A DNA stretch of 48,960 nt from NCBI GenBank assembly GCA_001800745.1, contig MGVZ01000051.1, positions 1-48,960 on the forward strand, written 5' to 3'. The notes under the pieces are model-generated. The model worked only from the letters and a program-made list of their open reading frames with translations, was not told the origin of the DNA and did not search any database. Below are positions 33,518 through 42,298 of the stretch, piece by piece; position 1 is the first letter of the stretch; each line of letters starts with the position of its first letter. Both the position numbers and the translations under genes were made by a program. This DNA is from Euryarchaeota archaeon RBG_16_67_27 (lineage in GTDB: Archaea > Thermoplasmatota > Thermoplasmata > RBG-16-68-12).

Positions 33518-34111
33518 TTAGGATTTCCCTTCCGGCGGCGGGCGGGCGCGGGCGTCGCCGAGCACCGCGAGCGCGTCCCGCGCGGACCGCAGGAGCTCGA
33601 GGGCCGCGTCCCTCTCCCTCGTCACGTACGCGAGGATCTCCGCGGTCCGGCCGCTGCGGTACAGCAGGGGCACCTTCGCGCCGCTCTCCTTGTCCGCGAA
33701 CCGGTGGAGACTGGAACCGCGGAACTCGCCGCGGTTCATGAAGACGAGAATCGGCTGGACGTCGAGCAAGGGCTTCGTGTACCAGTACCGCTTGAGCGTC
33801 GCCGCGTCCCACTCGATCAGCTGCCACTTCGTCGACCGCTCGATGACGAACGTGACGTCGAACCGGAGACGGTTCCCCACCGGCACGAAGTCCCACGTCG
33901 GCTCGAGGAGGCCTTTGTCGAGGATCGTCTGGAGGATATGCTTCTCCCCCCATTCCCACTCCGCGAGGACCTGCAGGGTGCCGATCGGCTCGAATCCGTC
34001 GCCGAGCTGCTGGTACTGGATCGACACGATGCGATCGAGCTGCGGATCGTCGCCGGTCGTCTCGATGTCGAAGTAGAAGAGGGTCAGCCGGAGCCCATCC
34101 GGCCTCCGCAA
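33518..34111 (-). CDS. RNase H-fold 3'-5' exonuclease related to the PolB exonuclease domain
   Basis: 197 aa. The ExoI motif is [10 protein letters not shown], followed by [14 protein letters not shown]. It resembles the stand-alone PolB-exo-like family, as I remember it. It sits 35 nt upstream of the acyl-CoA dehydrogenase gene on the same strand. Confidence 0.65.
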   Translation of the reverse strand: MRRPDGLRLTLFYFDIETTGDDPQLDRIVSIQYQQLGDGFEPIGTLQVLAEWEWGEKHILQTILDKGLLEPTWDFVPVGNRLRFDVTFVIERSTKWQLIEWDAATLKRYWYTKPLLDVQPILVFMNRGEFRGSSLHRFADKESGAKVPLLYRSGRTAEILAYVTRERDAALELLRSARDALAVLGDARARPPPEGKS

Positions 34112-34147
34112 GGGAGCGGAGGCTTAAGCCCTTGCTGGGAGGGACTC

Positions 34148-34167
34148 GGTATAGTCCGAGTATATTC
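34148..34167. promoter_or_regulatory. AT-rich bidirectional promoter region (GGTATAGTCCGAGTATATTC) between the exonuclease and sdhA genes
   Basis: It is the only AT-rich segment in the 100-bp divergent intergenic region. The GGCTTAAGCC palindrome at 34122-34131 is adjacent. Confidence 0.4.
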
Positions 34168-34211
34168 TGTTCTCTATCGCAACAACCGCGGGGCTTAGCG
34201 GAACGGGCCCT

Positions 34212-35948
34212 TTGTCTGGAGGAGAGGGAGGCGACGCGTTGGAACGGATCGAGCACGACATCGTCATCGTCGGATCCGGCCTCGCAGGGCTCCGCGCCGC
34301 GCTCGAGGCGTCCCGCGTGAGCCGCGGCCGCCTGGATGTCGGGATCGTCACGAAGGTCCAGGCGATGCGCTCCCACAGCGTCGCCGCGGAGGGCGGGACC
34401 GCCGCGGTCCTCTATCCCGACGAGGGGGACTCCCTCGAGGGCCACGTCTGGGACACGGTCAAGGGGTCGGACTTCCTCGCGGACCAGGACGCGGTCGAGC
34501 TCTACGTGCGCACAGCTCCCGAGGAGCTGCGGCTCCTCGAGCGCTGGGGCATGCCGTGGTCCCGGCGGCCCGACGGACGAATCGCGCAACGTCCCTTCGG
34601 CGGCCACGAGTTCCCGCGCGCGACCTTCGCCGCGGACAAGGTCGGGTTCCTCGAGATGCAGACCCTCTATGGGGCGATCCAGGCGTTCCCGAACGTTCAT
34701 GTGCACCACGAGTGGTTCGTGACATCGATCCTCCAGGGGGACGGCGCGTTCCGCGGTCTCACGGCGATCGACCTGAAGACCGGGAACCTCGTCGTGGTCC
34801 GCGCGAAGGCGGGAATCATCGCGACGGGCGGCGCGGGCCGGATCTTCGGCTTCACGACCCACGGCCACCACTCGACCGCGGACGGCCTCTACATGGCGTA
34901 CCGCGCGGGCCTCGGTCTCAAGGACATGGAGTTCATCCAGTTCCACCCCACGGGGCTCGTGCCCTCGGGGATCCTGATCACGGAGGCCGCGCGCGGGGAG
35001 GGCGGCTTCCTCGTGAACCGGGACGGCGAGCGCTTCATGAAGGGCTACGCGCCGAGCAAGATGGAGCTCGCGCCGCGCGACGTCGTCTCGAGGAGCGAGA
35101 TGACGGAGATCAACGAGGGGCGCGGCCTCGATGGGCCTGACGGGATCCCGTGCGTCGGCGTGGACCTGAGGCACCTCGGCAAGGAGACGATCCTCGAACG
35201 GCTTCCGCAGATTCGCGAGGTCACGATGAAGTTCCTCGGGATTGACCCGGTGAACGAGATCGTCCCGATCAAGCCCGCCGCGCATTTCACGATGGGCGGC
35301 GTCCACACGGACATCCGGGGGGCGACGGAGCTCAAAGGGCTCTGGGCCGCGGGGGAGGCCGCGTGCGTGAGCGTGCACGGGGCGAACCGCCTCGGGTCGA
35401 ACTCCACATCGATCTGCCTCGTCTACGGCCGGATCACTGGTGCGGAGGCCGCCGCCCACGTGGAGGGCTGGCAGGGGGACGGCATCCCCAAGGACGCCGT
35501 CCTGGCGGAGGAGCGGCGGATCTTCGACGACACCCTCCGCGGGTCCGGGGACGTGAGTCCGTACGGGGTGCGGGACCGCCTCCAGGCGATCATGGACGAG
35601 CACGCGTACGTCTTCCGGCACGGGGACGAGCTCGCAAATGCCCTCGGGGCCGTCCGGGCGCTGAAGGCGGAGGCGTACCGGAACGTCGCGGACACGGAGA
35701 AGGCGTACAACACGAACCTCCTCCACGTCCTCGAACTCGACTCCCTCCTGAACGCGGCGGAGTTGGTCCTCGTCGGTGCGCTCGCCCGTCAGGAGAGCCG
35801 CGGGGCGCACACCCGCCTCGACTTCCCGAAGCGGGACGACGTGAACTGGCTCAAGCACACGATCGCGCACCGGACCGCGGACGGGCCGCGGCTCAGCTTC
35901 GTGCCGGTGACGATCACGAAGCATCAGCCCGTCGAGAGGAAGTACTGA
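34212..35948 (+). CDS. sdhA: Succinate dehydrogenase / fumarate reductase flavoprotein subunit
   Basis: 578 aa. The FAD motif is [16 protein letters not shown] and the covalent-FAD His context is [10 protein letters not shown]. Also present are HPTGL and GGFLVN. The start is TTG 34212 or TTG 34239. Confidence 0.9.
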   Translation: MSGGEGGDALERIEHDIVIVGSGLAGLRAALEASRVSRGRLDVGIVTKVQAMRSHSVAAEGGTAAVLYPDEGDSLEGHVWDTVKGSDFLADQDAVELYVRTAPEELRLLERWGMPWSRRPDGRIAQRPFGGHEFPRATFAADKVGFLEMQTLYGAIQAFPNVHVHHEWFVTSILQGDGAFRGLTAIDLKTGNLVVVRAKAGIIATGGAGRIFGFTTHGHHSTADGLYMAYRAGLGLKDMEFIQFHPTGLVPSGILITEAARGEGGFLVNRDGERFMKGYAPSKMELAPRDVVSRSEMTEINEGRGLDGPDGIPCVGVDLRHLGKETILERLPQIREVTMKFLGIDPVNEIVPIKPAAHFTMGGVHTDIRGATELKGLWAAGEAACVSVHGANRLGSNSTSICLVYGRITGAEAAAHVEGWQGDGIPKDAVLAEERRIFDDTLRGSGDVSPYGVRDRLQAIMDEHAYVFRHGDELANALGAVRALKAEAYRNVADTEKAYNTNLLHVLELDSLLNAAELVLVGALARQESRGAHTRLDFPKRDDVNWLKHTIAHRTADGPRLSFVPVTITKHQPVERKY

Positions 35949-35949
35949 C

Positions 35950-36417
35950 ATGCGCGAAGCGATCGTGTCGATCGAGCCGGCGAAGGCGGTCCGTGGGAAC
36001 GTGATCGACACCCAGGTGCGCTGGGCGCTCCGGCGTCCGCGGAACCTCGAGAAGCTCGCCCTCCTCGTCCAGCGGGTGTCCGGTGTCGGCCTTCTCGGAT
36101 ACCTGTTCTTCCACATCTTCGTCACCGGGTCCGTCACGGGAGGGCGGGACGCCTGGGACGGCGTGATGTCGATCCTCTCGAACCCTTCGGCGCACATCGG
36201 CGAGCTCCTCGTCGTCGTCGGCGCGACGTTCCACGCGATCAACGGGATCCGCGTGATGCTCCTCGAGCTCTCGCCCCTCGTCGGTCGGGCGAAGCGCCCG
36301 GACTACCCGTACAAGGTCCAGAGTCTGGGCAAGGGACAGCAGTCGATCCTGTACGCCGCAATGATCATGGCCGGCCTCTCGACAATCGCGGGCATCGTGA
36401 TCCTCTGGGGGCTGTGA
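35950..36417 (+). CDS. sdhC: Succinate dehydrogenase cytochrome b / membrane subunit
   Basis: 155 aa with three TM helices. Candidate heme-ligand His residues are in [10 protein letters not shown] and [11 protein letters not shown]. It lies directly between sdhA and sdhD. Confidence 0.75.
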   Translation: MREAIVSIEPAKAVRGNVIDTQVRWALRRPRNLEKLALLVQRVSGVGLLGYLFFHIFVTGSVTGGRDAWDGVMSILSNPSAHIGELLVVVGATFHAINGIRVMLLELSPLVGRAKRPDYPYKVQSLGKGQQSILYAAMIMAGLSTIAGIVILWGL

Positions 36418-36418
36418 C

Positions 36419-36769
36419 GTGCGCGAGTCCACGCTCCAGCTCGTCAACTACGTGATGATCCTCGCCCTCCTTGTCACCCTCGCCCTGCACCTCGCGATGC
36501 AGGCGTTTCTCGGCGTGTCGGGGTACGAGGACGCCCTGACGTACGACACGGCCGTCGCGCGATACCGCGAGCCGCTCTCCGCGAGCCTTCTCACGATCCT
36601 CCTCGTCGCGGCGTCGTACCACGGCCTGTACGGCCTGCGAAACATCCTCCTGGAGATGCGGTCAGGGGTCGGCTGGTCGCGGCTCGTGACCGGCGTGACG
36701 CTCGGCCTCGGCGCCGTGATGCTCGGGTGGGGGATCCGGACGATCGTCGTCGCGTTCGCGGGGGTGTGA
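36419..36769 (+). CDS. sdhD: Succinate dehydrogenase membrane anchor subunit
   Basis: 116 aa with three TM helices, positioned between sdhC and sdhB. Confidence 0.7.
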   Translation: MRESTLQLVNYVMILALLVTLALHLAMQAFLGVSGYEDALTYDTAVARYREPLSASLLTILLVAASYHGLYGLRNILLEMRSGVGWSRLVTGVTLGLGAVMLGWGIRTIVVAFAGV

Positions 36770-36772
36770 GGG

Positions 36773-37576
36773 ATGGCCGTCGGGCTCGAGCGTCCCCAGA
36801 CGAAAGCGCCCCCGACCGCCGCCCCGGCCACCCAGGAAGCGGCGGCATCGAAGACGATCCTCCTCCGGGTGTTCCGTCACAGCCCGAGCGTCGCGGACGA
36901 CGCCCCGAGGATCGTCACCTACCGCGTCCCTCGGACGAGGGGGATGACCGTCCTCGACGCACTCCTGTGGGTCAAGGAGAACGTGGACCCGGGCCTCGCG
37001 TTCCGCTATTCCTGCCGGATGGGGATCTGCGGCTCCTGCGGCATGCTGATCAACGGGAAGCCCGAGCTCGGCTGCGAGACGCAGGTCGCGGACCTGGGGA
37101 CGGACGCGATCGAGGTCGCGCCGCTCGTGCACTTCCCCGTGGTCCGGGATGTCGCCACGGACTTCACGGATTTCTTCTCGCACCACCGCCGCGTGATGCC
37201 GTACCTGATCCACCGCGGGAACGGGGACCTGGCGCCCGTCGAGCGGGAGCTCCGGCAGTCCGAGGAGCAGAAGCTCGAGTACTACCAGTTCACGATGTGC
37301 ATCATGTGCGGCCTCTGCGACGCCGCGTGCCCGATCGTCGGCATGGACAAGCTGTACGCGGGCCCGCAGGCGCTCGCCCAAGCGTACCGCTTCGCCGTCG
37401 ACTCGCGGGACGAAGGATGGCGGGAACGGATCGACGTCGTCGACGACCCCCACGGTTGCTGGCGCTGCGAGCTCGCGGGATCGTGCAGCGCCGTGTGCCC
37501 GAAGGGCGTCGACCCGGCCCTCGGGATCCAGCTGCTGAAACGGATGGTCTTGCGGCGCAGAATGCGGCGTACGTGA
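36773..37576 (+). CDS. sdhB: Succinate dehydrogenase iron-sulfur subunit
   Basis: 267 aa. The cluster motifs are CRMGICGSCGMLING (2Fe-2S), CIMCGLCDAACP and CWRCELAGSCSAVCP. Confidence 0.9.
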   Translation: MAVGLERPQTKAPPTAAPATQEAAASKTILLRVFRHSPSVADDAPRIVTYRVPRTRGMTVLDALLWVKENVDPGLAFRYSCRMGICGSCGMLINGKPELGCETQVADLGTDAIEVAPLVHFPVVRDVATDFTDFFSHHRRVMPYLIHRGNGDLAPVERELRQSEEQKLEYYQFTMCIMCGLCDAACPIVGMDKLYAGPQALAQAYRFAVDSRDEGWRERIDVVDDPHGCWRCELAGSCSAVCPKGVDPALGIQLLKRMVLRRRMRRT

Positions 37577-37664
37577 CTCTCACACGGAACCAGCGTTTGC
37601 CTACTGGTTTAGGACCTGCGAGTGTGGCTCGAACGTTGACGAACATCGAAGACGTCCTTCGCGT

Positions 37665-38090
37665 GTGACTCGCCTGTGCCGAATAGCCCGTGAGGTGTGC
37701 GTCTCGAAGGGGGAACGTGTCACTAGGAAGCCTCCTGTTCAATTAGGGGGTGTGCCCACAAATGGTCGAGTCTTGGCTTCGCTCCCCGACGATGAGGTTC
37801 TGGTCGTCAGAGGGGGCAGGATCAAAACCGGCAGGCTTATCCGGGACGAGGCCGGAGGGATCTCCGTGAGTTCGGCGCCCGGGCGCACTGTGGAGCAGCT
37901 CGCCGCGGAGATTCCAACCGCATCTGGAAGGCCGTATAGCACCTTTTCAGTCACGACGCGCGGAACACTCCGGGGCGCGGGGACTGATATCATTCCAGAC
38001 CCTCTCCCCGGCTATCCATCCCATGCTCTCATCTATCCGGGGCGGGGTGGCGGGCCATCAATCGCCGACCTTTGGTGGGAATGGCCGTGA
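37665..38090 (+). CDS. Hypothetical protein (141 aa), first gene of the low-G+C island and a possible stand-alone toxin-like domain
   Basis: Track ORF with a GTG start; alternative GTG starts are at 37695 and 37752. VVRGGRIKTGRLIRDEAGGISVSS...TFSVTTRGTLRGAGTDIIPDPLPGYPSHALIYPG loosely recalls short C-terminal modules of polymorphic toxins, but no family could be assigned. Confidence 0.5.
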   Translation: MTRLCRIAREVCVSKGERVTRKPPVQLGGVPTNGRVLASLPDDEVLVVRGGRIKTGRLIRDEAGGISVSSAPGRTVEQLAAEIPTASGRPYSTFSVTTRGTLRGAGTDIIPDPLPGYPSHALIYPGRGGGPSIADLWWEWP

Positions 38091-38320
38091 TCAGGATCTA
38101 CGGGGACTTCAACCAAGTTGATGCTAAGGGCAGAGTTGTCCTTTCGTACGCCGACGACACGAAGAGCGAGCGGGTTGAACTTCGGGAGGGTTTGCGCGTA
38201 ATCGTCTGGGACGAAGAACTCGAGGCGGAGGGGATCCTAGAATTCGAGGACGGAGAGTGGCGGGCACAACTCGTACCCGGCACGGGCCGCCGCAGGCCTG
38301 TGAGCGAGAAAGAGGGCTAG
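38081..38320 (+). CDS. Small hypothetical protein (79 aa) overlapping the 3' end of the preceding gene, a possible immunity/antitoxin partner
   Basis: Track ORF 38072..38320. ATG 38081 overlaps the upstream stop (38088-38090) by 10 nt. MAVIRIYGDFNQVDAKGRVVLSYADDTKSERVELREGLRVIVWDEELEAEGILEFEDGEWRAQL has a small beta-rich acidic profile. Confidence 0.5.
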   Translation: MAVIRIYGDFNQVDAKGRVVLSYADDTKSERVELREGLRVIVWDEELEAEGILEFEDGEWRAQLVPGTGRRRPVSEKEG

Positions 38321-39345
38321 GTTCCGACGGATCAGATTGAGAGCTTGCAAGCCAATTCATTCGGCAGTCGGTTCAGACCTTCCCTTCGTGAGCACCCGCA
38401 CGTTGTGCACGATCTCCCGCGCCAGCACCTCGTTCCTACGGCTCGTCGGCCGCCGGCATCGCAGGCGGTCGCCAAACAAGCCTTTCTCCGTCGCGAACCT
38501 CGATTCCGCCGCGCTGCGTCGATGGTACCTCGCAGCCCACCGATTTGGAAACTGAAGGGCGAAACGCGTCATGCGGTCAAAGGCGTCTACCGGATGGGTC
38601 GGCCATCGTGCGTTCGCCCTCGGAGAGAAGTACGGTTGCAGACCCGCATCGTGGGCGGTTACGCAGGCGGAGCGACTCCAGTAGGCCCTGTCTCCCGTGA
38701 GGGCCTCCGCCTCGGCGTCGTCGGGAATGTCGTCCAAGAGCGGCCCGAGCTGGGTCGAGTCGTGCCGCGTGCCCCGCGTCACCCGGACCGCGAGGGTCCC
38801 GCGAGTCGCCGTCCCGGAGAGGACATGGAGCTTGGCGAAGTCCTTCCGAGCCTCGGGATCGTGCTTCGACCGCCACGCCCCGGAGCCGAAGAGGACGAGG
38901 CCGGTCGCATCGACTGCCAAGATGGTCTCGACCGCCCAGAACGGCTGGGCGGTCTCCGCGAGGAGGTTCTCCAGGGTGCGCGTGATTCCGTCGCCGCGGT
39001 TGTACTTCTGCAGCGTGTTGAAATGAGGAATGTGGCTGAGCCCGAGGACAGGTTCGAGGAGCGTGAGGAGACCGATCGTCCGCCGGAAGCTCAGGTGGAA
39101 GTACGACCGGACGAGGAGGCACAGCACGAGTTCCCGCCTCGATATCCGCGGCCGACCCCTGCGTCGCTCCCATTCGTGGATCGTGAAAGAATCCACGAGG
39201 TTCCTCAGGAAGAGGCAAGCAAGACGGACCTCCTCGCTCTGCCAGCGGTTGTACTGTCTCCAGTCCCTACGGTCGATACGCCGACGTACCTTGTTAGTGC
39301 TCTTGGCCAAGGGGGGATCCCATCCCAGGTCCGTTTGGCGGACCT
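38321..39345 (-). mobile_element. IS5-like insertion sequence (boundaries approximate)
   Basis: The transposase ORF fills 38357-39310. I could not identify terminal inverted repeats or target duplications by eye, so the ends are only bracketed by the neighbouring ORFs. Confidence 0.5.
38357..39310 (-). CDS. IS4/IS5-family DDE transposase
   Basis: 317 aa with a TTG start. The DDE context is LAVDATGL (D), LTGDRAYWS (D) and HRRSAAESRFATEKG (E within the Y-(2)-R-(3)-E-(6)-K-like motif). Confidence 0.85.
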   Translation of the reverse strand: MAKSTNKVRRRIDRRDWRQYNRWQSEEVRLACLFLRNLVDSFTIHEWERRRGRPRISRRELVLCLLVRSYFHLSFRRTIGLLTLLEPVLGLSHIPHFNTLQKYNRGDGITRTLENLLAETAQPFWAVETILAVDATGLVLFGSGAWRSKHDPEARKDFAKLHVLSGTATRGTLAVRVTRGTRHDSTQLGPLLDDIPDDAEAEALTGDRAYWSRSACVTAHDAGLQPYFSPRANARWPTHPVDAFDRMTRFALQFPNRWAARYHRRSAAESRFATEKGLFGDRLRCRRPTSRRNEVLAREIVHNVRVLTKGRSEPTAE

Positions 39346-39757
39346 GGCTGTGGAACTCGTGGACCTGGCCTTGAACGGCTACCCCGCTCTGGACTTGTCA
39401 ACGGTCACCGCTGACGAGGAGTTTGTGTGCACGCCCGGGAACCGAGCCCACGACGCCCTATTGTCCGGTTACCGGACGGTCTTTCAACGAATGGGGCTGA
39501 CGGAGAACGTTGACTTCTTCATCAACAAAGGGATACGGTTCGCGGACAACCCCAGCAAGATCGTGCGCGGTTCGGGAAGGCCAGACATCCTGCTGCGATT
39601 GGTAGGTCCCCAAACAGGAGAGGGAATCGGCATCGCGCTAGAAATCAAGTCGCAACTTACAAGGGCAGGGCGATACGCAGACCAACTCCTCGACTATGAA
39701 AGAGCGTTGATGAGAGCAGGATACGGTTCATATGGAGTCCGCGTTATCCTCTACTAA
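39335..39757 (+). CDS. PD-(D/E)xK nuclease-fold protein fragment (~140 aa), possibly 5'-truncated by the IS
   Basis: This is the 3' end of track ORF 38345..39757; the rest of that ORF is antisense to the transposase. Candidate starts are TTG 39335, GTG 39350 and GTG 39359. The motif GSGRPDILLRLVGPQTGEGIGIALEIKSQ reads as D...E-x-K, followed by YADQLLDYERALMRAGY. Confidence 0.5.
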   Translation: MADLAVELVDLALNGYPALDLSTVTADEEFVCTPGNRAHDALLSGYRTVFQRMGLTENVDFFINKGIRFADNPSKIVRGSGRPDILLRLVGPQTGEGIGIALEIKSQLTRAGRYADQLLDYERALMRAGYGSYGVRVILY

Positions 39758-40604
39758 CCGATCGACGAGGCGACCCTTTGACGAGGTTAGGTTCGTAGGC
39801 TTGAGCTTCATACTGGACGGACAGAAGGGATGGCAGGCTCTTGCATCTGCCCTCCACTCTGCCCTGCAGCCACTCAACTCATGGCCGACTATGCAAATTA
39901 GCCTACGTCTTGCCACCGAGAAGCCAGGCAGGACAGAGGAGCGAAAGTTTCATGCCCAATCCCAGCGGAATGCAGTGGAGGAAGCCATTCGCGAGGTCGC
40001 TGAAGGCCGTGTGATCTCGCTGCGTGCGCGAACCCATCGCGGGGAATGGGAATCCTCTCGCAAGGGCCATTGGCTGTGGTGTGGACCCGGCAGCCCGTTT
40101 GACGCGGGCTGGATTGACCCTGAGGTTAGTCTTCTACTGACCTTTCCATGTCATCTCTTCGATGCCGGCAGCCCAGCAGGCGTCGAGAGCGTTGGGAGAC
40201 TCGTGACAGAAATCGCAGACCGCATGCCTTTCGTATATGGCTATGGGAACCTCGGGCGATGGGACAATCACCCGGGCACCCATGGAATCGACCGTCTCTA
40301 CGCGGAAACGGCCCATGCGATTCCGGTATCGGCATTTGATGATTACATTGGGAGTAGTCGCCGTCGAGAATACCGCCACGGAGTGAAAGGGGCTTTCTGG
40401 CTCAACATCCTGAACTCCTACCACGTCGAAGCTCTTGGCGGGGTCGAACGATTTCGATTGAAGGCTCAACCCTACGAGATTGATCAGTTAGCCCACGGCG
40501 GAATCATGGTTCTCGTGACACCTTCTCCACTCGTCCAACATACAACAGAGAATCGCCAGGCTTTCGCGCGTCTCTTCAAGGCGCTCGAGCCTGTTTTCGG
40601 CTAG
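39732..40604 (+). CDS. Hypothetical protein (290 aa), a possible immunity-type partner of the nuclease fragment
   Basis: It overlaps the upstream stop by 26 nt. The C-terminal half (GVKGAFWLNILNSYHVEALGGVERFRLKAQPYEIDQLAHGGIMVLVTPSPL...AFARLFKALEPVF) reminds me of the DUF3396/Imm52-type immunity signature. This is a recollection only. Confidence 0.55.
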   Translation: MESALSSTNRSTRRPFDEVRFVGLSFILDGQKGWQALASALHSALQPLNSWPTMQISLRLATEKPGRTEERKFHAQSQRNAVEEAIREVAEGRVISLRARTHRGEWESSRKGHWLWCGPGSPFDAGWIDPEVSLLLTFPCHLFDAGSPAGVESVGRLVTEIADRMPFVYGYGNLGRWDNHPGTHGIDRLYAETAHAIPVSAFDDYIGSSRRREYRHGVKGAFWLNILNSYHVEALGGVERFRLKAQPYEIDQLAHGGIMVLVTPSPLVQHTTENRQAFARLFKALEPVFG

Positions 40605-40908
40605 GATGTGAGCGACGCCGAAGATGACAGATGTTCTTGGCCGAATACCGCCGAACGAGAACACCTCGCATCCTTGTGCGATTTCCGCAAACTATTCCTC
40701 TATTGCCTCCATATTGGTGCCGGCATGCTTTCTTCGAACTGGGTTTCGTCGTGCCCTAACTCACTGGAGGACTTCCTCCAAGAAGACTCCCCCGATGTGG
40801 AAGGGTCCATCGCCGCAAGCCGACGCAAGTGCCATTTCATTCTCGCTCAAGCAACCTATCGCTGGGTCCGACGCACGATTTTCGTTCGCTTCGACTGGGA
40901 CTGTAACT

Positions 40909-42285
40909 ATGGCGATTGTCAGCTCGGACCAGTTAGATCAGCTCGCCTCGAAGACGGACAGGGTCCTCGGGACGATGTTCGCGTACGACGCGAACGGTAA
41001 CCTCGACACGACGTCGGCGGGTTGGGACTACGACTGGAACGTCGAGAACCTCATGACCGTCGCGAAGCTGAACGGCGGGCAGCAGCATGCCTACACGTAC
41101 GACGGCTTCGGCCGGCGGGTCGAGACGGTCGAGGGGGCCGCGGGGTCGGGCGCGTGGGCCGTGTCGATCACTTCCGGCTTGGACGCAATCTACGAGAAGG
41201 ATCAGGCAGGCGCGATCACGAAGTACGTCTACGCGAACGGGATGCGGATCGCGAAGATCAATCCGGACGCCACGGTCCACTACTTCCTCGGGGACCACTT
41301 CGGATCGACGCTGCAGGTCCGGAAGGCGGACCGGAGCCTCGTCTTCTCCGCGGAGTACGATCCCTTCGGGAGGCCATATTCAGTCACGGGCACCGAAGCG
41401 TACAAGTTCTCGGGCGAACGAACTGACGATCCTACCGGCCTAACCTACTTCCGTGATCGTCAATACGATCCGGACCTGGGGCGACTCGTCTCGACTGACC
41501 GCACCCTTGGCGCCCCGATGAGCCCTCAGACCACAAATCAGTATTCATACGTCACGAACAACCCGTTGACTTATGAAATCGGCCAGTCGAGTTCGTCGGC
41601 CTTGGTCCTCAAGGCCGCGGGTGGAGGGTTCCTCGGGGGCACGCTGTCGCTTTACTTAATGGGCGCTTATGAACGCCCGGTGCCGCTCGGAAAGTACACA
41701 ATGTACGGCTATTCGTACTGGAAATTCTGGGAGGGCCCTACGGGTTGGCGGGAGTCACACGTGAAGTTCCAAATCGCGAGAGGCGGAGATGCGCTTTGGA
41801 AGTTTGATTACGGACCGCACAGCGGCGGGCGCGTGCCGAAGGGATGGCATGCTCACACACCCAAGGGCTTCATTGACCCCTATCCTGCTTGGAAAGGAAG
41901 GGCTTTCGAATGGGTCGGAAAGTGGGGAGGCAAGGCCGCAAAAGGATTGGTGGGCCTAGCTGCGGCCATAGACGCCTATCGTCTGTACGGGGCCATCGAG
42001 TACGCGAGACAGACGGGGGATTGGAGCGCCGTCGGGACGGAAGCCGCCGTCATCGCCGGAGGTTGGGCGGGTGCTTTCGCAGGCGCGTACATAGGAATGA
42101 TCGCCTGCGCCCCCGCAGGGCCAATTGGAGTGGGGGTGTGCGGAGTCGCTGGAGGGATTATCGGTGGGATCCTAGGGGAAGAGGCGGTAGAGGCTCTCGT
42201 GAATACCCCTCCGGAGGCACTGATCGGGGCGTGTGCACCGCCGTTGATCTGGCTTGGATGCCACGATCAGAGAGAGGTATGGTGA
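40909..42285 (+). CDS. RHS-repeat-associated core fragment fused to a glycine-zipper C-terminal domain (N-terminally truncated polymorphic toxin)
   Basis: Track ORF 40624..42285. Its first 95 aa are not protein-like, so ATG 40909 is preferred. YD repeats are FAYDANGNL, YTYDGFGRRV and YVYANGMRIA. The core end is HYFLGDHFGST...YDPFGR...FSGERTDDPTGLTYFRDRQYDPDLGRLVSTD...NQYSYVTNNPLTYE. The C-terminus is AGGWAGAFAGAYIGMIACAPAGPIGVGVCGVAGGIIGGILG. Confidence 0.8.
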   Translation: MAIVSSDQLDQLASKTDRVLGTMFAYDANGNLDTTSAGWDYDWNVENLMTVAKLNGGQQHAYTYDGFGRRVETVEGAAGSGAWAVSITSGLDAIYEKDQAGAITKYVYANGMRIAKINPDATVHYFLGDHFGSTLQVRKADRSLVFSAEYDPFGRPYSVTGTEAYKFSGERTDDPTGLTYFRDRQYDPDLGRLVSTDRTLGAPMSPQTTNQYSYVTNNPLTYEIGQSSSSALVLKAAGGGFLGGTLSLYLMGAYERPVPLGKYTMYGYSYWKFWEGPTGWRESHVKFQIARGGDALWKFDYGPHSGGRVPKGWHAHTPKGFIDPYPAWKGRAFEWVGKWGGKAAKGLVGLAAAIDAYRLYGAIEYARQTGDWSAVGTEAAVIAGGWAGAFAGAYIGMIACAPAGPIGVGVCGVAGGIIGGILGEEAVEALVNTPPEALIGACAPPLIWLGCHDQREVW

Positions 42286-42298
42286 GGGACGGACGCAA

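Noticed and set aside
32337-36242. 1301-aa minus-strand ORF
   Set aside because: It is a run-on ORF. Only its last 381 codons (32337..33482, from MDFELSAEH) are the acyl-CoA dehydrogenase. The upstream part is Arg/Pro/Asp-rich nonsense overlapping the exonuclease gene in another frame and antisense to sdhA/sdhC.
38345-39334. 5' two-thirds of the 470-aa plus-strand ORF 38345..39757
   Set aside because: It is exactly antisense to the IS5-like transposase and has no protein-like features. Only the segment downstream of the transposase (from ~39335) shows a nuclease-fold motif.
40608-41000. 130-aa ORF, and the first 95 codons of ORF 40624..42285, between the 290-aa gene and the RHS core
   Set aside because: The region is AT-richer and both frames give sequences I cannot tell apart from noise. 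It may hold a decayed gene remnant or the RHS promoter. I found no motif, so I did not call it.
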